The translations under genes were made by a program, and so were the position numbers. Below, piece by piece: positions 25,697-38,142 of a DNA stretch of 64,000 nt. The notes beneath the pieces are model-generated. The model was not told the DNA's origin and made no database searches. It worked only from the letters and a program-made list of their open reading frames with translations. Where the stretch lies: contig JBPGPT010000008.1 in NCBI GenBank assembly GCA_051047955.1, positions 372,001 through 436,000 on the forward strand, read 5' to 3'. The DNA is from Cystobasidiomycetes sp. EMM_F5. Taxonomy: Eukaryota. Numbering within the stretch: the first letter of the stretch is position 1; each line of letters begins with the position of its first letter.

Positions 25697-27496
25697 GATT
25701 GGTAGGTCGATTGGGCGGAGTGTTACCCGGTGGAAGGGTGTAGGATGAGGGAGCGAAGTGAGATGGAGAAGACAAGAGATGGCAGAAGCCGTTAATGCGA
25801 GGTTAAGTACTGTATCCAAAGATACTCGAGGGAGCCCGAATGCGGCAAGCAGTGGCGGGGTCCTGGACTGAGGAGGTGTTATGACGACCGATGAGCTGCG
25901 CACCAGAAGAAGTCAATCACCATCAGCAATGCTAAGCATCACTTAGCCTCTTTGTACACATTATTCAGTACACGGCTGGTGTCAGTATCCTGGTTTCGGA
26001 AGTCATGGCCAGATTCGGCACTGGCGACGTGCCATTCGACCTGGAAAAGGCAAACGACAACGAGGCGAGACCCAGCGAGTCCATGGACGGACTGCGACGA
26101 CGCGAGGGCTGCTGTTGATGTGAGCAGTGCGCGCTGTGCAAATGACGCAGCGACCTCGAGCTACATTTCAACATTGCTGATTGTCCATGAACGCGAGGTC
26201 AGATATCGAATCGACATTCTCGTCATACATAGCTTGAGATGGCTCTTTCACAGACCACTATTGCTGTCCAGGACGTCTTTGTCGTCGCCTTCTGCCAACA
26301 ACGGACACCTTCTCGCTTTGCTCGTCGTCGGATTTCTCGATCACTCTCTTTGACGCTGCGAAGTTTGCTCGTTTACGCCTTTCGTCCTTCCGAGTTGTCG
26401 TGAGACTGCTCCATGCTCACAATATGGATGCCTTGACTGGCTCGTGCAATTCTGATGCGGCCTCTGGTAGTCTTTTCTGTAAGTTTTCCGGTTTCGAGGA
26501 GCCCATCAATCAGCATGAGACTGCAATTCTGCGATGAGCACATCATAATCGTTCAAAACTAGAGTCTCTGCAGCGGGGGAGTTGCTCAAAGTAGCGCTGT
26601 TCCCGCGATGCTGAGTTATTTGAAATCTTCTCTCTGATTTACACAAACATCTCGATAGTAACTGTTGATGTGGACGGGAGCATATGAGCTGACGTGCCTT
26701 CCCGCGTCTCCTTCCCAATGTCCAGGCTCTGTGTATTGGTGAGTTCTCCGCATATTCTTGAGTCAGCCATGCTGTCACAAATCACAAAACGATGAATTTG
26801 CACAAAAATAAATGGAAGTGAGTAGCTATGTATCTGGGTAATGAATCGCATCGGCTCTGACATCGACTTTACTCTCAGTTACCGTCATACGTTTCTTCGG
26901 AAACAAAGAACGAGTATACGGCGCATTTTTCTGATTGTTCAATCCATACAACGTCCTCTTGACTCGGCAAACGGACTGTCGGCTTACTGAACATCACGTT
27001 TCGTTTAGACGTTCTTTTGGATGGCGTGATCGTAGCGTTTTACACCCTATGTAAGTCCTCCCTGCTGTCTCTCCGCTGTCACCTCTATCGCTCGCCATTC
27101 CTTGTGATGAGTCTTTAATAATCACGACGGTCTCCGGACAAACTCATGGCGAAATTGTGTGCCACTAAACCATTATTTCACACATTACTCTGATAGTCAT
27201 CCTCCGCCGTCACCCCTCCACAACATGTTGGGCACAGTATACTGATATATGACCCGACATTTCAGGCGTGTAACAATGACGTGCGGCTACGAACGGATAG
27301 TTTGAACGCAGCGACAGACGAAATAACGAGCTTTTATTGTTGTGCAGGCTGCCATACGCTTATTGGTACAACGACTTGACAATTGTCACTGCTTGTATTT
27401 TCCCTCGACTTTGTTTTGACTGTTTCAATAGAACATGGCATTCAGACAACGACGACCTTGACTAACGCATCTCCAAGCTATACCTTCCACGACCAT

Positions 27497-30400
27497 TCAC
27501 TTCTTATTCTTGCGTTTGCCGGCCTTGCGTGAAGCAGCCGAAGCCGGACTTGATGAGACGGATGCCATGCTTGCAGGGGAGGAACTGAGGCTCAGTCCTT
27601 CTCCCGACTGCTCCGGCACTGCCAATTTGTCCATCTCCTTGCTGACAACAGCGATCTGTTCAATCGCCAGCACAGTCTGCCGTCCTTCCTTTGTTGGCAC
27701 TATCTCAGGAGTGCCTGCTGCTTGACCCTCGCCATCGTCGATTCCATCGAGTTTCCATGCAGACCATTCATCATCCGTCTCCAAAGCAGGAAGCGGTATC
27801 AAATCTGAATCATCCCTCGCACCCGCAAGGTCTGGCGTGATTGACGGTTGACTCAGTGGACTATCGGAACTACTGGCGTGTGTCATTCCCGGCAAGCTTT
27901 GAGGCTGAAAAGAGTGTGTTCGTGACCGAGTGCCACCAAGTTGAGCCGGCGAGAGAGAAACAGGCTCTGTCCATTGCTGCCCATAAGACGGCATTACAGA
28001 AGGGTGATTGCGCCTCTTTGAAATCCGACCTTTGCCGAGATCCACAGGATCATCGTCCACCTGCTCCATTCCAGCAGCGTCGGCAAGACTAGGTAGTATG
28101 GCATCGTCCTCAAAGGACAGCGTAGATGCAGCCAACTCCGAAGCTGCTGGGCTTGGCGAAGCCGTCTGAACTGCATTTGCTGAGGGGGACAAGCTAGCCC
28201 CGCCGATACTGTTTCGCACGCGATCAACACTGCGAGCAACGGTTGCCGAAGCGTTGCGTGGCAATGGGATGGCTATAGGTATACTTCCCAGCCCAGCAGC
28301 CAGACCTGGAAGGGCTTTCCGCATATCTCGCCAATGCCTCGAAGCAGCATTACCAGCAGAGCGACCATATCCATTCGGATACGCTGGAGTATCGTAACTT
28401 GACTCTTGGATCTCATCGCTGATACGCCCTTCAGTCGCCTGATAGTCCGCTTGCGGAATTGTCCTCGAGGAGTACGAATAGTCAATCACCGTGTGCATTG
28501 CATTTCGGAGCTCGCTACCTTCCTGTGCTTCGTTGAGAGGAGCTTGGTGAGTATGCGATACCTCCTCTCGGACCACCCACCGCTTCGGCATGACTTGCGT
28601 AGAGGAAGGGGTCAGTGCACCAAATTCTCCGCGATGGAAAGTTGATTGTATAGACTGCGTAGGCGGATAAGCATGGAAGGCAAACGATGAGGACAGGTAC
28701 AAGGAGCGCGGTAAGACCGCAGGCGACCTCGAAAAGGTCTCGAGTTCCGCCAGATGCACAGATGGAGCTGTGGCACGGCCCGGCGCAGACGTTTTGCTGG
28801 AATGTACAGCCGTCTCTAATGGCACGCCTGGTAATTCCGGCAGATACTGTAAAAGATAGTATGCAATGGATGACTGAGTAATGGACAGTTGAGGTTGAAC
28901 TTCAGCAGCCGGTGGCGTAGGCGCACTTGTCCTTCGCATCATGTGCGAGAGCCCGCTCATGGCGACCCGAGCTCCAGCTGATGTCGCTTGAGCTGGAATT
29001 GACGGCGCGTACGTGGCCAGGGTGACGGTGTTGAGCTGCAGTTCAGCTGAATGGGCGTAAAAGATGGCAAGGTTTGTAAATAGCTTGCCAGCATTTCTGC
29101 CAGCCTTGAGGCTAGCGTGCTCGTTCAGTCTGGCTGCAAAATCCCCAAATCCGAGGAAGCGCACGACAGGAGGGTGATCGGAGCGTACAGCGATGTGGTG
29201 AGGAGTATTGACCTGCGGCGGTGATGAAGCGATTGCAACAGTGTTCGCGTGCGACCCGGGCGATGACACGTCTACAGGTCGAGCTTGATGACGAAAGCGA
29301 GCGATGGAGCTCAGGGTAATACTGAGGGGCTGCAGTGATGTAAGATTCACCATCCGCTCCAGTGTATGAGTAAGTGGAACGGGTTGACCGCCGGAAGGGT
29401 TGATGGCGAAAACATGCGAGGTCCCTCTTCGAGTACTGACTACCACGAATCGGCCGTCGTGTGACCAGGCAACCGATGTTGGCGCTGCAACTGTCAGTCC
29501 TCGATTTAGGCGATAGCGATGCCAAACTTCAGTGACGGCTTGAGGCGAGACAGCTTCTTCAAATTCCATACGATGCGCACGGACAGAGGAGGAGCCAATA
29601 ATGGAAGGGGGACGGAGCTCGAAAATATGAAAGGATTGACCAGTGGCCGAGCTCGTTAGCAGTTGTGACGCATTGGGCGAGAAGGAGAGGAGCACGACTG
29701 CCTCGCTCTTTGATGGCCTGAAATGTGCTACTGTCACCAGATTGACCGTCCGGCTAGATTTGCCTCGCGAGAGATCGGTGTGCCGTCTCGGCTTGGTCGT
29801 GGCTTTTGACGAAGCAACCAAGTCCACCACAATGACATGTGTGCCACTAGTTCCCTCCTTCGCGGTAGGCGGCAATGAAGACGATGTAGCGCCTTTGGCA
29901 TGTGCGGAATCGGGACGTGTGATGGGTGAGAGGTACTTTGACGGATTTGGGGCAGAACGAGAGAACATTGACCTGCTATCGGACACGGCTTTTGCAGACG
30001 CCATGATGCCTTCACCGAATCTTCGAGCGGTTTCAGCAGACCACACAGAGTGCTCTGGAATCGGTGACGGAGTTCCTTGCCGTAGAATAGTGCCTGCTTT
30101 GCGATCCTGCGCCAAATTAGAGGACGACGTATCGCCGAAATCTTCTCCGTTTCCGCAAACAATCCCGCTGCCACCGCCAGAGATGGGCATAGTTGAGGCG
30201 AAGGCTAGCAAACGACCCGGTGACATCGCATACACAGGAAGACCAGACTCTGGATGTGTGGCTACATCTGTGATGGGTGAAAGTGGAAGAGGGGACAACG
30301 TGGAGACATCGTACATGTGAATGATGGGTGGAGAAATGCAAGACTGGGAAAAGTGTCACATTGCTATTTAGTACCAAGTTTGCCGTTTCAAGACGCAGTT

Positions 30401-31322
30401 ACGACCTACAATTGCTATAAACCGGTCATTTGTAGAGATGTCCACTGCCCGACCACTGTAAATCTCGTTGTCGGGAGAGAGCAATACTTTGTTGATTCGG
30501 CCGGCATGCAGATCGTAGATGACGACTTTGCCGTCGTCACCTAGAAATGCAGCACACACCGCATCTGGACGAGTGGGCGACTGAGGCAGCAATCTCGCCC
30601 GGACAACGCGTACATTGCATTCCTTGGTTGGCGACTCGGCCAGGTGGAATACTTCTCGAGCAGGACCAGGCGCGTCAGAGATGTCCCATATAGTGAAGCC
30701 ACCACATGCAGAAACTGTCAAGAGCACAGTCTTTGACGCCAGGGTATCGTATGCTGCCCATGACACGTCGGTCGGCAAGGAGGATAGGGGCGAGTGTGAT
30801 TGTGGCGGCATTACAGAGCCGGTGGACGCTGCGGATCCTGCTGGCAGAGGCGAGCCAGCGATATGCGTGGCTTCATTGAAGAGTATGTCCGGTCGCGAGT
30901 CTGCATCTTCGTTGATAGTCTCGATGACCTGACCCGCAGAGTTGTTGTTGTTTGAATGCGCGTCAGGTAACGATGCAGGATACCCCCAAAGCGGTAGAGC
31001 TGCAGAGCCGTGCTTTGAGGAATTAACAGTCTCGTTCTCATTGACACTTGCCCTGCCCGTGCTCGAAGCCAGACTCCTCGCCGTACTGACTACCCGAGTC
31101 GCTCCAGCGGTCGACAAGGTCGATATGGTCGACGCCAGCGACGATATGGCGGAGGTTTCCCTGGATTATATGTGCATCAGCAGTCTGTATACTGACTACA
31201 CCATACTGCGCCCACTTGATAGCAATAGGATACACTGCTCGACGTCCGACTCTGGCTCGTCCATTCCGTCTGGCTTGTCCTGCATCGTGGTCTGCGTAGT
31301 CCTGGCCATGACCACTGGGCAT
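27497..31322 (-). CDS. BCAS3-like WD40/PROPPIN-related protein
   Basis: VAHF...LSFSP...LLTSS...FHIFEL...HRYRLNRGLT...VAWSHDGRFVVVSTRRGTSHVFAINPSGG and a later LAELETFS...PRSLYL segment resemble BCAS3 / plant ATG18f-h. Start exon inferred. Confidence 0.75.
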
Positions 31323-31607
31323 ATAGCGTGTCGCAGTGTCCCGATATTCTGATATCCTGATATCGCACCCTGCCCTTGTCCAGCTGCTCGCTTCCTTCCC
31401 GATACGTCTGCGTCAACGGCTGCCGATAGCGATATCGATGTATGGCTCGATACAGACCTGCGCTGGGTCTGCGTTTTGATTTGGATTGCTCAAACGATGC
31501 TCGACTTGCTTGTAAAGGTTGGCTGTTTGGTGGACAGTAGAGTCGCAACGTTGTGTTTGTGTACTTCTGGCCAACATGGCCTTCTAATAAAGCCCAACAC
31601 CCAAACT

Positions 31608-32105
31608 ATGCTGCCATCGTCTGAACCTGCACAAAGCAATGGGGACGGCGCATCGACACTCGCGCTCCTACAGCGTTTCCTAATCATCCAGCAAACGCGA
31701 GCAGGAATATCAAACGAACTGGCAATAGCATTCCGCGAATCTGGGATAACGGACGCAGCTCTGGCCAGAGTGGTAGAGATATCATCCGTCGGGCTGCTCG
31801 AAGTGAAGGAGGAAGCTCAGGCGATTATCGAGTCGCTTCCTAGAGACAGTCACGACCGTAAATGTTGCGAAAAGGTCGAAGAGCTCGAGAAACAACGGGT
31901 ACTCCACGACGCACGCTCGCATCAGTATAGTAGAGTCCTTTATCTGTTGCAGTCATCGACATCACCGCCTGCAGACAAGCAGCAAGAATTGCACGACTCG
32001 CTGTCCCAAGAGCAGACCAAAGTACGAGAATTAGTAGACGACATCAACGACAACATTGACGAAATACGGGCTTCTGTTGCCGAGCTGGCAGTCGCCGACG
32101 ATTAG
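31608..32105 (+). CDS. REX1-B (DNA_repr_REX1B)-like helical protein
   Basis: LLQRFLIIQQTR...LAIAF, VEELEKQRV and C-terminal VDDINDNIDEIR pattern resemble REX1BD; single exon. Confidence 0.55.
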   Translation: MLPSSEPAQSNGDGASTLALLQRFLIIQQTRAGISNELAIAFRESGITDAALARVVEISSVGLLEVKEEAQAIIESLPRDSHDRKCCEKVEELEKQRVLHDARSHQYSRVLYLLQSSTSPPADKQQELHDSLSQEQTKVRELVDDINDNIDEIRASVAELAVADD

Positions 32106-32341
32106 AGAAGTCCTCGCCTAGCGTTCAAGCAGTCTCGACAAGGGTACGAAAAGCGCCGCTACCGATACCCCACAGCACTGCATTCAGCAGAGCCACTCGT
32201 TGAAATTTCGACAAGGGAATAGGCGCGAACTACTATCTACAGTGCAAGGTAGTAGTCAAATGTTGCCTCTGTAATTGGTCTCATTCTCGCTCAAAAGCCC
32301 CCAATTAGCGTCTACCGTCAAGCAGTCATAACTTCGCAACA

Positions 32342-32797
32342 ATGGCTATCGTGCAACACGACGCGGGAAATCCCGGACATTTCTTCGATCCTCGTATCGA
32401 GCCTCACATTGTCATTGAATCCTTACCTTCGAAGCGATTCAAGGCTAAATGGCTATACGTCAAGACATCCACTTTCGACACGGAGAAGACGATATGGCAC
32501 AAAGACGGGTCTATCGAGGTCTGGACAGCGGCTTACATAGGTTCGCAATTCTGGACGTCCGATCGCAACAACAGTGCTCAGGTGCGAAATTGGAAACCTA
32601 TCGCGATAACATCTGGTCAACAGGCATCTGTGACAACCTCTCCGGTAATGCGCTTGCGTGCTAATAGCACCCCACGAGCGGCTGCAATTATGTGGTCTTC
32701 CGTTCGTGCTAGTACAGGAGGTAACCTGGACTTATCGCGCCCATCTGCTCTACGAGCATGGCATAGTAATCAGTCTTGGCATTCAAGGAATGTATGA
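32342..32797 (+). CDS. Unrecognised Trp-motif family, member 1
   Basis: HDAGNPGHFFDPRIEPHIVI...LYVKT...KTIWHKDGSIEVWTAAYIGSQFWTSDRNNSA. 3' end could be spliced. Confidence 0.75.
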   Translation: MAIVQHDAGNPGHFFDPRIEPHIVIESLPSKRFKAKWLYVKTSTFDTEKTIWHKDGSIEVWTAAYIGSQFWTSDRNNSAQVRNWKPIAITSGQQASVTTSPVMRLRANSTPRAAAIMWSSVRASTGGNLDLSRPSALRAWHSNQSWHSRNV

Positions 32798-33171
32798 CGT
32801 GAGTGGTAGATGTTAACCATGTCACACGCATATAAGCACCGAAGATCGCATGCGGAAGCCCATCTCGTCTATGCGTAACGCCGCAAGCCGCACCATCGAC
32901 TTACTGACGCCCTTCTCGGATATCGTTCTACCATACTGACACTTTCGCAGTAATAGCGGTGCTCGTGTAGTAGCTATGCGTAGGCAGTGTAGCGGTTTCA
33001 CAATACCCACTTCCGTGACAGTGCGGTGTTGCTCGAAAATCCCTCGGCGTCTTTTTCAGTGCACTCCTCACCATCGTCACGCTCTCCTTTACGTTTTATA
33101 CAAGACATTTATATCGCGCCTAAAGGAATCTTGCTCTCCTCCTGCTACGTTCGCCTTGCTGACATTCCATC

Positions 33172-33996
33172 ATGCTCGAGGATGCTTCGCGATCTAAACA
33201 ACAATTCGATCCTCAATTCACCCGGCATATCGCTATTCCTCCTATGCAAACAGGCGGCACCGTGTTGTACGCGGCCCTCGACGATGGCCAGACGGAAGTT
33301 CGCGTTACTCACTATCTCCTTGGCCATGGTCCGCCAATCAGAGAAGTATGGAAGGCAACAGACTTTACACAGATGGTATGGAAGTCGCAAATTTCAGCTC
33401 GTCCCACCGTATGGTTGATATCGCCCCGATCTACGCCGCGAAATTCCACCGACAACCAATTCCGCAATCGTCAACGAACACAGTCTCCTAGCAACCGGTG
33501 GAGCCTGGGATCACCCGAAAACAACAGCTCTACTCGGCGTACGTCTGAATCTCAGCCAGTACTTGATGCAGCAGATCCATCGTCTCGGCCCGCCAGCAGA
33601 GGCCGCGGCGATGAGCGCACAATCGCTAGACGTCCGTCTAGCAGCGCTAGTCCGAATGGCTCGAAAACATCGCACGGATCCAGTCGTGGCACTTCTCCCA
33701 CCGGGCAAGCAAACATCCAGCAACAGACTGGCATCAGCTCCATGGTCAGACCCAGGCTTAGCCTGTTTCCACCTTCGAAAGAACGACTCAAAGTCAAAGG
33801 TTCTAGCCAGCTACTGCTCTCTCAGCCTGGGACTACTGGCGAGCCGGTTGTCCGGCAAGCTAGGCAAGCTAGAATTAACTATGCAGCTACCACCTCTCCA
33901 GCCAGTCCTAGCAGCAGCAGCGCAATAGGTCAGCGTGTCCGGAACGCAATCGCGGATTTCAACGCCAAAACTTCTCGCCACGATCGAAGTAATTAG
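33172..33996 (+). CDS. Unrecognised Trp-motif family, member 2
   Basis: EDASRSKQQFDPQFTRHIAI...LYAAL...REVWKATDFTQMVWKS, then an S/R/P-rich tail. Confidence 0.75.
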   Translation: MLEDASRSKQQFDPQFTRHIAIPPMQTGGTVLYAALDDGQTEVRVTHYLLGHGPPIREVWKATDFTQMVWKSQISARPTVWLISPRSTPRNSTDNQFRNRQRTQSPSNRWSLGSPENNSSTRRTSESQPVLDAADPSSRPASRGRGDERTIARRPSSSASPNGSKTSHGSSRGTSPTGQANIQQQTGISSMVRPRLSLFPPSKERLKVKGSSQLLLSQPGTTGEPVVRQARQARINYAATTSPASPSSSSAIGQRVRNAIADFNAKTSRHDRSN

Positions 33997-34442
33997 TGGA
34001 AGATACTTTGTGGGAGGTCCATCATGGCGGTGTGCGCATAGGTGGGACGTTTGGGTCTGCACCAGCGACGAGAATACAACGGAAATTGCATGCTGTAGAG
34101 CAAGGGAAGACTTCCTGATCGTGCTAAACACGCACGCACGTTTGAACTCACGGGCGTTCAGCATCTTCTCCACAATCCGAGTCTGCGGATAGACCGTTAA
34201 CGAGCGTACTACGTTTCCTTTTTGCACACATGCTATACAAGTAAATCAGGCTACAAAGGTTTGACATGAACGCACAAAGGCGCGTGCACTGCGCAACATT
34301 AAAAGGATAGATTTTGCACGTGGTCACGATGATTACAAATAACTAGGATTCATCACGCTCGCGTCGATTTGCGTTGGCGCTGGCCTGACAGCGTGCACGT
34401 CCGAGCTAGCTGACTGTACTTCTGCGCAATCGAGACGTTCCC

Positions 34443-35087
34443 ATGAAGCTCACTGATGCAGCAACGGGGGAGGTCTTTGACTCACATCTACCGCACATCA
34501 AGTTTAAGCCTGAAAGCCGCTCTGCGAAGCAAATAGATCTGTATGTCAAAACCCTTCCGTCGGATACGGTCAAGACGGTTAGATACCCCCACTACGGCGA
34601 AGAGGTCTGGAGGCCTCGCGAGCCTGGATCCAATTATTGGCATTCGAATGTCACTAGAAGCTACGAGTACCCTACGAATTCGAAAAGGCCACAGGATCCG
34701 AAAGGTAATGTCGCCCAAGTCATCAATTACAACACGGGCGACTTTAGTCCGCTCGGCATACGGCAGGACAACGAACGTGGCCGAAACCGACAACCTAGAT
34801 CGTTGTCTGGTCATGCATGCAGCGGACCGCGCCTTACCAAAATAGCGGAACTAACAGGATTGAACAGAAATTTATCAAACAGCTCACGCCGCAGTGCAAG
34901 TATACGAGATTCGCAGCCTCCGATAAATAATACCGCTCCCGCCAGTGACCTACCGTCTTATCGATCTGCAGGGCAGCGTGGACGTAGCAGATCGAATGGC
35001 TTCGTAATTCACGGCGCTGTCTCAGCTGGTGGCCGTGGTGCAGACAACGCCGTCGTTCAACCAAAAGCAAATCGCAGGTACCGGTAG
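34443..35087 (+). CDS. Unrecognised Trp-motif family, member 3
   Basis: TDAATGEVFDSHLPHIKF...LYVKTLP...KTVRYPHYGEEVWRPREPGSNYWHSN, then a disordered tail. Confidence 0.78.
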   Translation: MKLTDAATGEVFDSHLPHIKFKPESRSAKQIDLYVKTLPSDTVKTVRYPHYGEEVWRPREPGSNYWHSNVTRSYEYPTNSKRPQDPKGNVAQVINYNTGDFSPLGIRQDNERGRNRQPRSLSGHACSGPRLTKIAELTGLNRNLSNSSRRSASIRDSQPPINNTAPASDLPSYRSAGQRGRSRSNGFVIHGAVSAGGRGADNAVVQPKANRRYR

Positions 35088-35644
35088 AATAAGGTATGCT
35101 GCTTCATAGGCACGTCGTGACCATAACGTGTATGCATTCTGCTGCCGATGTTAACCTCGAATATACCCGCCATACACTTAGAAGGTGCTGTTTGTCAAAA
35201 AGGATCTGCCAGACGAATCTGGAATCGTATCCAGCGTTGCCGTAACAAGAATGTATCTGTCTTCAGATTAGACGTGGCATCACCGTCAAACATCACTTCT
35301 CTTCAAACGCAACTCACTCTGTATGTTTGCCGATATTTCCTGGGTCGCTCCCCGATTGACCATCTCACAGACTGTAGTACAACAGACTCACGTTTCTGAC
35401 AAGATTGCGGTGTTACTGGTGAAGCTATGCCGTGGCCATGCGGCGCCTCTGCTGCGCTCAATGTATGTAAGTGCAGTGCTTTCTGGAAACGTGGCCTATT
35501 TTGATGTACAAATATCAGGCTCCACAGCTCCCGCTCCTCTTCATTTCATTCTACGTTCTCCGTAAAATCTCCTTTGCCGAATAGCGATATCAATCCGGTC
35601 GGCATTCGATATCTTTCTTCATTATATCACAACTTCACAGTGAC

Positions 35645-36445
35645 ATGACTAGCAAGCGTACTCACGGCTACCTCGAAACAACAGATCTCGTTTCGGGAGA
35701 AGAAATCCGCATTTGCACCCGTGGCGCGAAGAGAGTCTCACACATCCACAAAAATGGTCTGGCGGAGGTCTGGTGGGAGACCACTGAAAGTCTTTGGCAT
35801 TCAGACCGGAACAGAGTTGCGGCGCATATCGATGGGGGGACACCTCCTGCAAGTCTATCGATAGGAGGATCGCCAAGCTTGTCGCGAAAATCTTCTGCTG
35901 CAAGCCAAAGAACAAGCGCAACGCGAAAGCCTTCTCTGGCAAATCCATCGCCAAAAGTGCGCACCCCGCCTGCCCAAGGGGGTCAATCCAACTATCTAGA
36001 TCTGCAAACCCTACCATTAGTTCCTAACTCCGTCAGTCATGACGCGAGAACGCCTCGAACACCAAGTCGACCATTGAATGCGCAACAAACGGATCTTCGT
36101 TCCAGTCAATCCCGAGGTGTGTCGCGAGGGTCGTCTATTGCGAGTCAGCGCGCGGGCGGACAACAGGCACCTGCAAGTCAGTCGACGAAAGTGCAACGTA
36201 CGCCTTCTCAAGTGAGTCACTCGAGCATCGCGCGCCGGAGTGCTGGAGTGCAGGCCCCACAATCGTTCGACAATCCCGTGGAGAACGCGTCACGCGACGA
36301 TCCTGGGCAACAGCATGCATCTGCGTCGACTAGGTCACGTACACAAGATCCGGATACCAACGCTACTCGCGATAACAGCAATGTTCGTCAGCGAAAGGCA
36401 GCCGGCAGGTGGAAGGGATGGATGAAGTCATCCTGCTGTATGTAA
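35645..36445 (+). CDS. Unrecognised Trp-motif family, member 4 (N-terminally shortened)
   Basis: Lacks the D...FD start but has HIHKNGLAEVWWETTESLWHSDRNRVA; S/R/Q tail; ends RWKGWMKSSCCM*. Confidence 0.7.
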   Translation: MTSKRTHGYLETTDLVSGEEIRICTRGAKRVSHIHKNGLAEVWWETTESLWHSDRNRVAAHIDGGTPPASLSIGGSPSLSRKSSAASQRTSATRKPSLANPSPKVRTPPAQGGQSNYLDLQTLPLVPNSVSHDARTPRTPSRPLNAQQTDLRSSQSRGVSRGSSIASQRAGGQQAPASQSTKVQRTPSQVSHSSIARRSAGVQAPQSFDNPVENASRDDPGQQHASASTRSRTQDPDTNATRDNSNVRQRKAAGRWKGWMKSSCCM

Positions 36446-37032
36446 TGTCGACGGCGTGCATAGGCCCAGTCCACCTAGCTACTATCGCCAGCCAAAATTG
36501 TACTAGGTACCGAATCTACTATGTGATGTCGTTAAAAGCCAACGGTGGATACGCTCGCAGGCGCTTTTTTCCTACAACCCTGCTGAACGAAGACGAGATA
36601 AGTCATGTTCTGCATCGCTGGCAAATCTCGCGCAGGCGGCAAACGCTACAAGCCCCCATTCCACTGCCGCTCAAAGGGAAAGGAACTGCTTCGGAAACCT
36701 CTCTACTAGGCTTCGGTGCCGGCCTTGTTTGATCGCCGATAGTACCGCGATGGGGCTATGCTGCATCGCCAATTATCGCACGCCATCCGTGCTCTTGCTG
36801 AACAAGTATATACGGTTTCTCCGCACTCACGCCGGAGCGCTGTACCGGCGGTACAAATTGCTCTGGAGCTGAGGTGAAAGGGACGTGTTCGTGCAGCAGT
36901 ATAAATTGCAGTTCCTTGCAGGCTACTCTGCTCTTTTCAATCAGCACCTCTAATAATACCTCGTTCTAGAGGGTCCAGCTGCTGTTCCAATATCTACTGC
37001 AAAGACGATAGTCGTGAATCTCGGTCATAAGC

Positions 37033-37689
37033 ATGCGAAACGATGATGGAATTCCTGGTGGAAAATTCGATGAGCTAAGGCACCCATACATCTGTATACC
37101 AGGGTATCCTGATCCGGAAACCGACGAGGCTCGTTACACCAGAACGAGTCCTTATGATTCTTCAAAGACGGTGATACATCGCGGTGGAGTGAGGGAGACC
37201 TGGACGCCTATACTGCCAGATTGCACGCATTGGGGATCTAACCTGCCCAACAGAACCCCAGCACGAGTCCAGAACCAACAATCAGCACATCCGACAAGTG
37301 AAGTGAAGCAGAAGCCCCCGAAGAGTGCAGCACGATCACAGACCGAGCCGCGACGCAAGTTGTTCGGTCGCAGTAATCTTCCTGTACCGCCAGCTGCACC
37401 TTCTCACGACAGTACCTACGGTACCTCTGCACCCGGTCAGTTGCAAAGGCCATCAGCCACTTTTCCCCAACAACCGGGCAGTACTAGTCGTCGTTCCTCA
37501 AACGCGTCGACAGTATCAATGGGGGCTAGGAGCACTAGGAGCACCGGGAGCACTAACAGCGCGCGGCACCTTGCGCAGCAGTCCACCAGCAGCGCGCAGC
37601 AACCGGCGCAGCAGTCAGGTAGCAGCAAGAACTCCTTCTGGAAAAAGTTTGGCGGTAAAGGAAAAGGTAAAGGTCCAGGCAGGCAGTAG
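37033..37689 (+). CDS. Unrecognised Trp-motif family, member 5
   Basis: NDDGIPGGKFDELRHPYICI...RYTRTSP...KTVIHRGGVRETWTPILPDCTHWGSN; ends SFWKKFGGKGKGKGPGRQ*. Confidence 0.78.
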   Translation: MRNDDGIPGGKFDELRHPYICIPGYPDPETDEARYTRTSPYDSSKTVIHRGGVRETWTPILPDCTHWGSNLPNRTPARVQNQQSAHPTSEVKQKPPKSAARSQTEPRRKLFGRSNLPVPPAAPSHDSTYGTSAPGQLQRPSATFPQQPGSTSRRSSNASTVSMGARSTRSTGSTNSARHLAQQSTSSAQQPAQQSGSSKNSFWKKFGGKGKGKGPGRQ

Positions 37690-38142
37690 TGAAGCAATCC
37701 CCTCTGGTCTTGACCTATGGCGTTTGGCTTTTTGAGGTTTTCAGCTGTTGTACATCAGCATACCCAACAATGTACAACAGCATACCCAATACTCAGCCAC
37801 TTGTCTGCTATCTCAAGCAGCCCTCATGACGCTTGCACAAGTCGACACAACATGGGCGTTGCACGTACAGTCAGTCGAAGTGATGAGAACATCACCGCTC
37901 AGTGGTGTGCCAGTGGGTCTCAGCGTCTCAGCGTCTCAGTGGGTCTCAGCGTTGCGTGTCAGCATCCCGCTACCTGCATTTGGTCCGAAGTAACTGCCTT
38001 CAGCCATTAGATAGCGCGATCAGAGAATAAAACTGTAGACTGATATTGCATCACCGGAATCGTGCAGCTGTACTATCGATATTTCAAAGAAGCGGGATCT
38101 GCACGAAGCAGGATACGGAGGAGAAAGTTTAATGCCATTGCA

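Noticed and set aside
25700..27490. 1.8-kb gap with several short ORFs (e.g. 25952-26353, 26506-26778)
   Set aside because: No coherent spliced model or recognisable motif. It may be promoter/UTR or a decayed gene; I cannot support a call.
29643..30320. 225-aa plus-strand ORF
   Set aside because: Antisense shadow of the BCAS3-like exon.
33989..34120. Possible spliced alternative C-terminus for member 2 (and similar options for members 1 and 4)
   Set aside because: Donor or branch signals are weak and no clear anchor motif results; needs RNA-seq.
37906..37952. Short GTCTCAG(C/T) tandem repeats
   Set aside because: A few 7-10 bp units without unique spacers; a simple microrepeat, not CRISPR-like.
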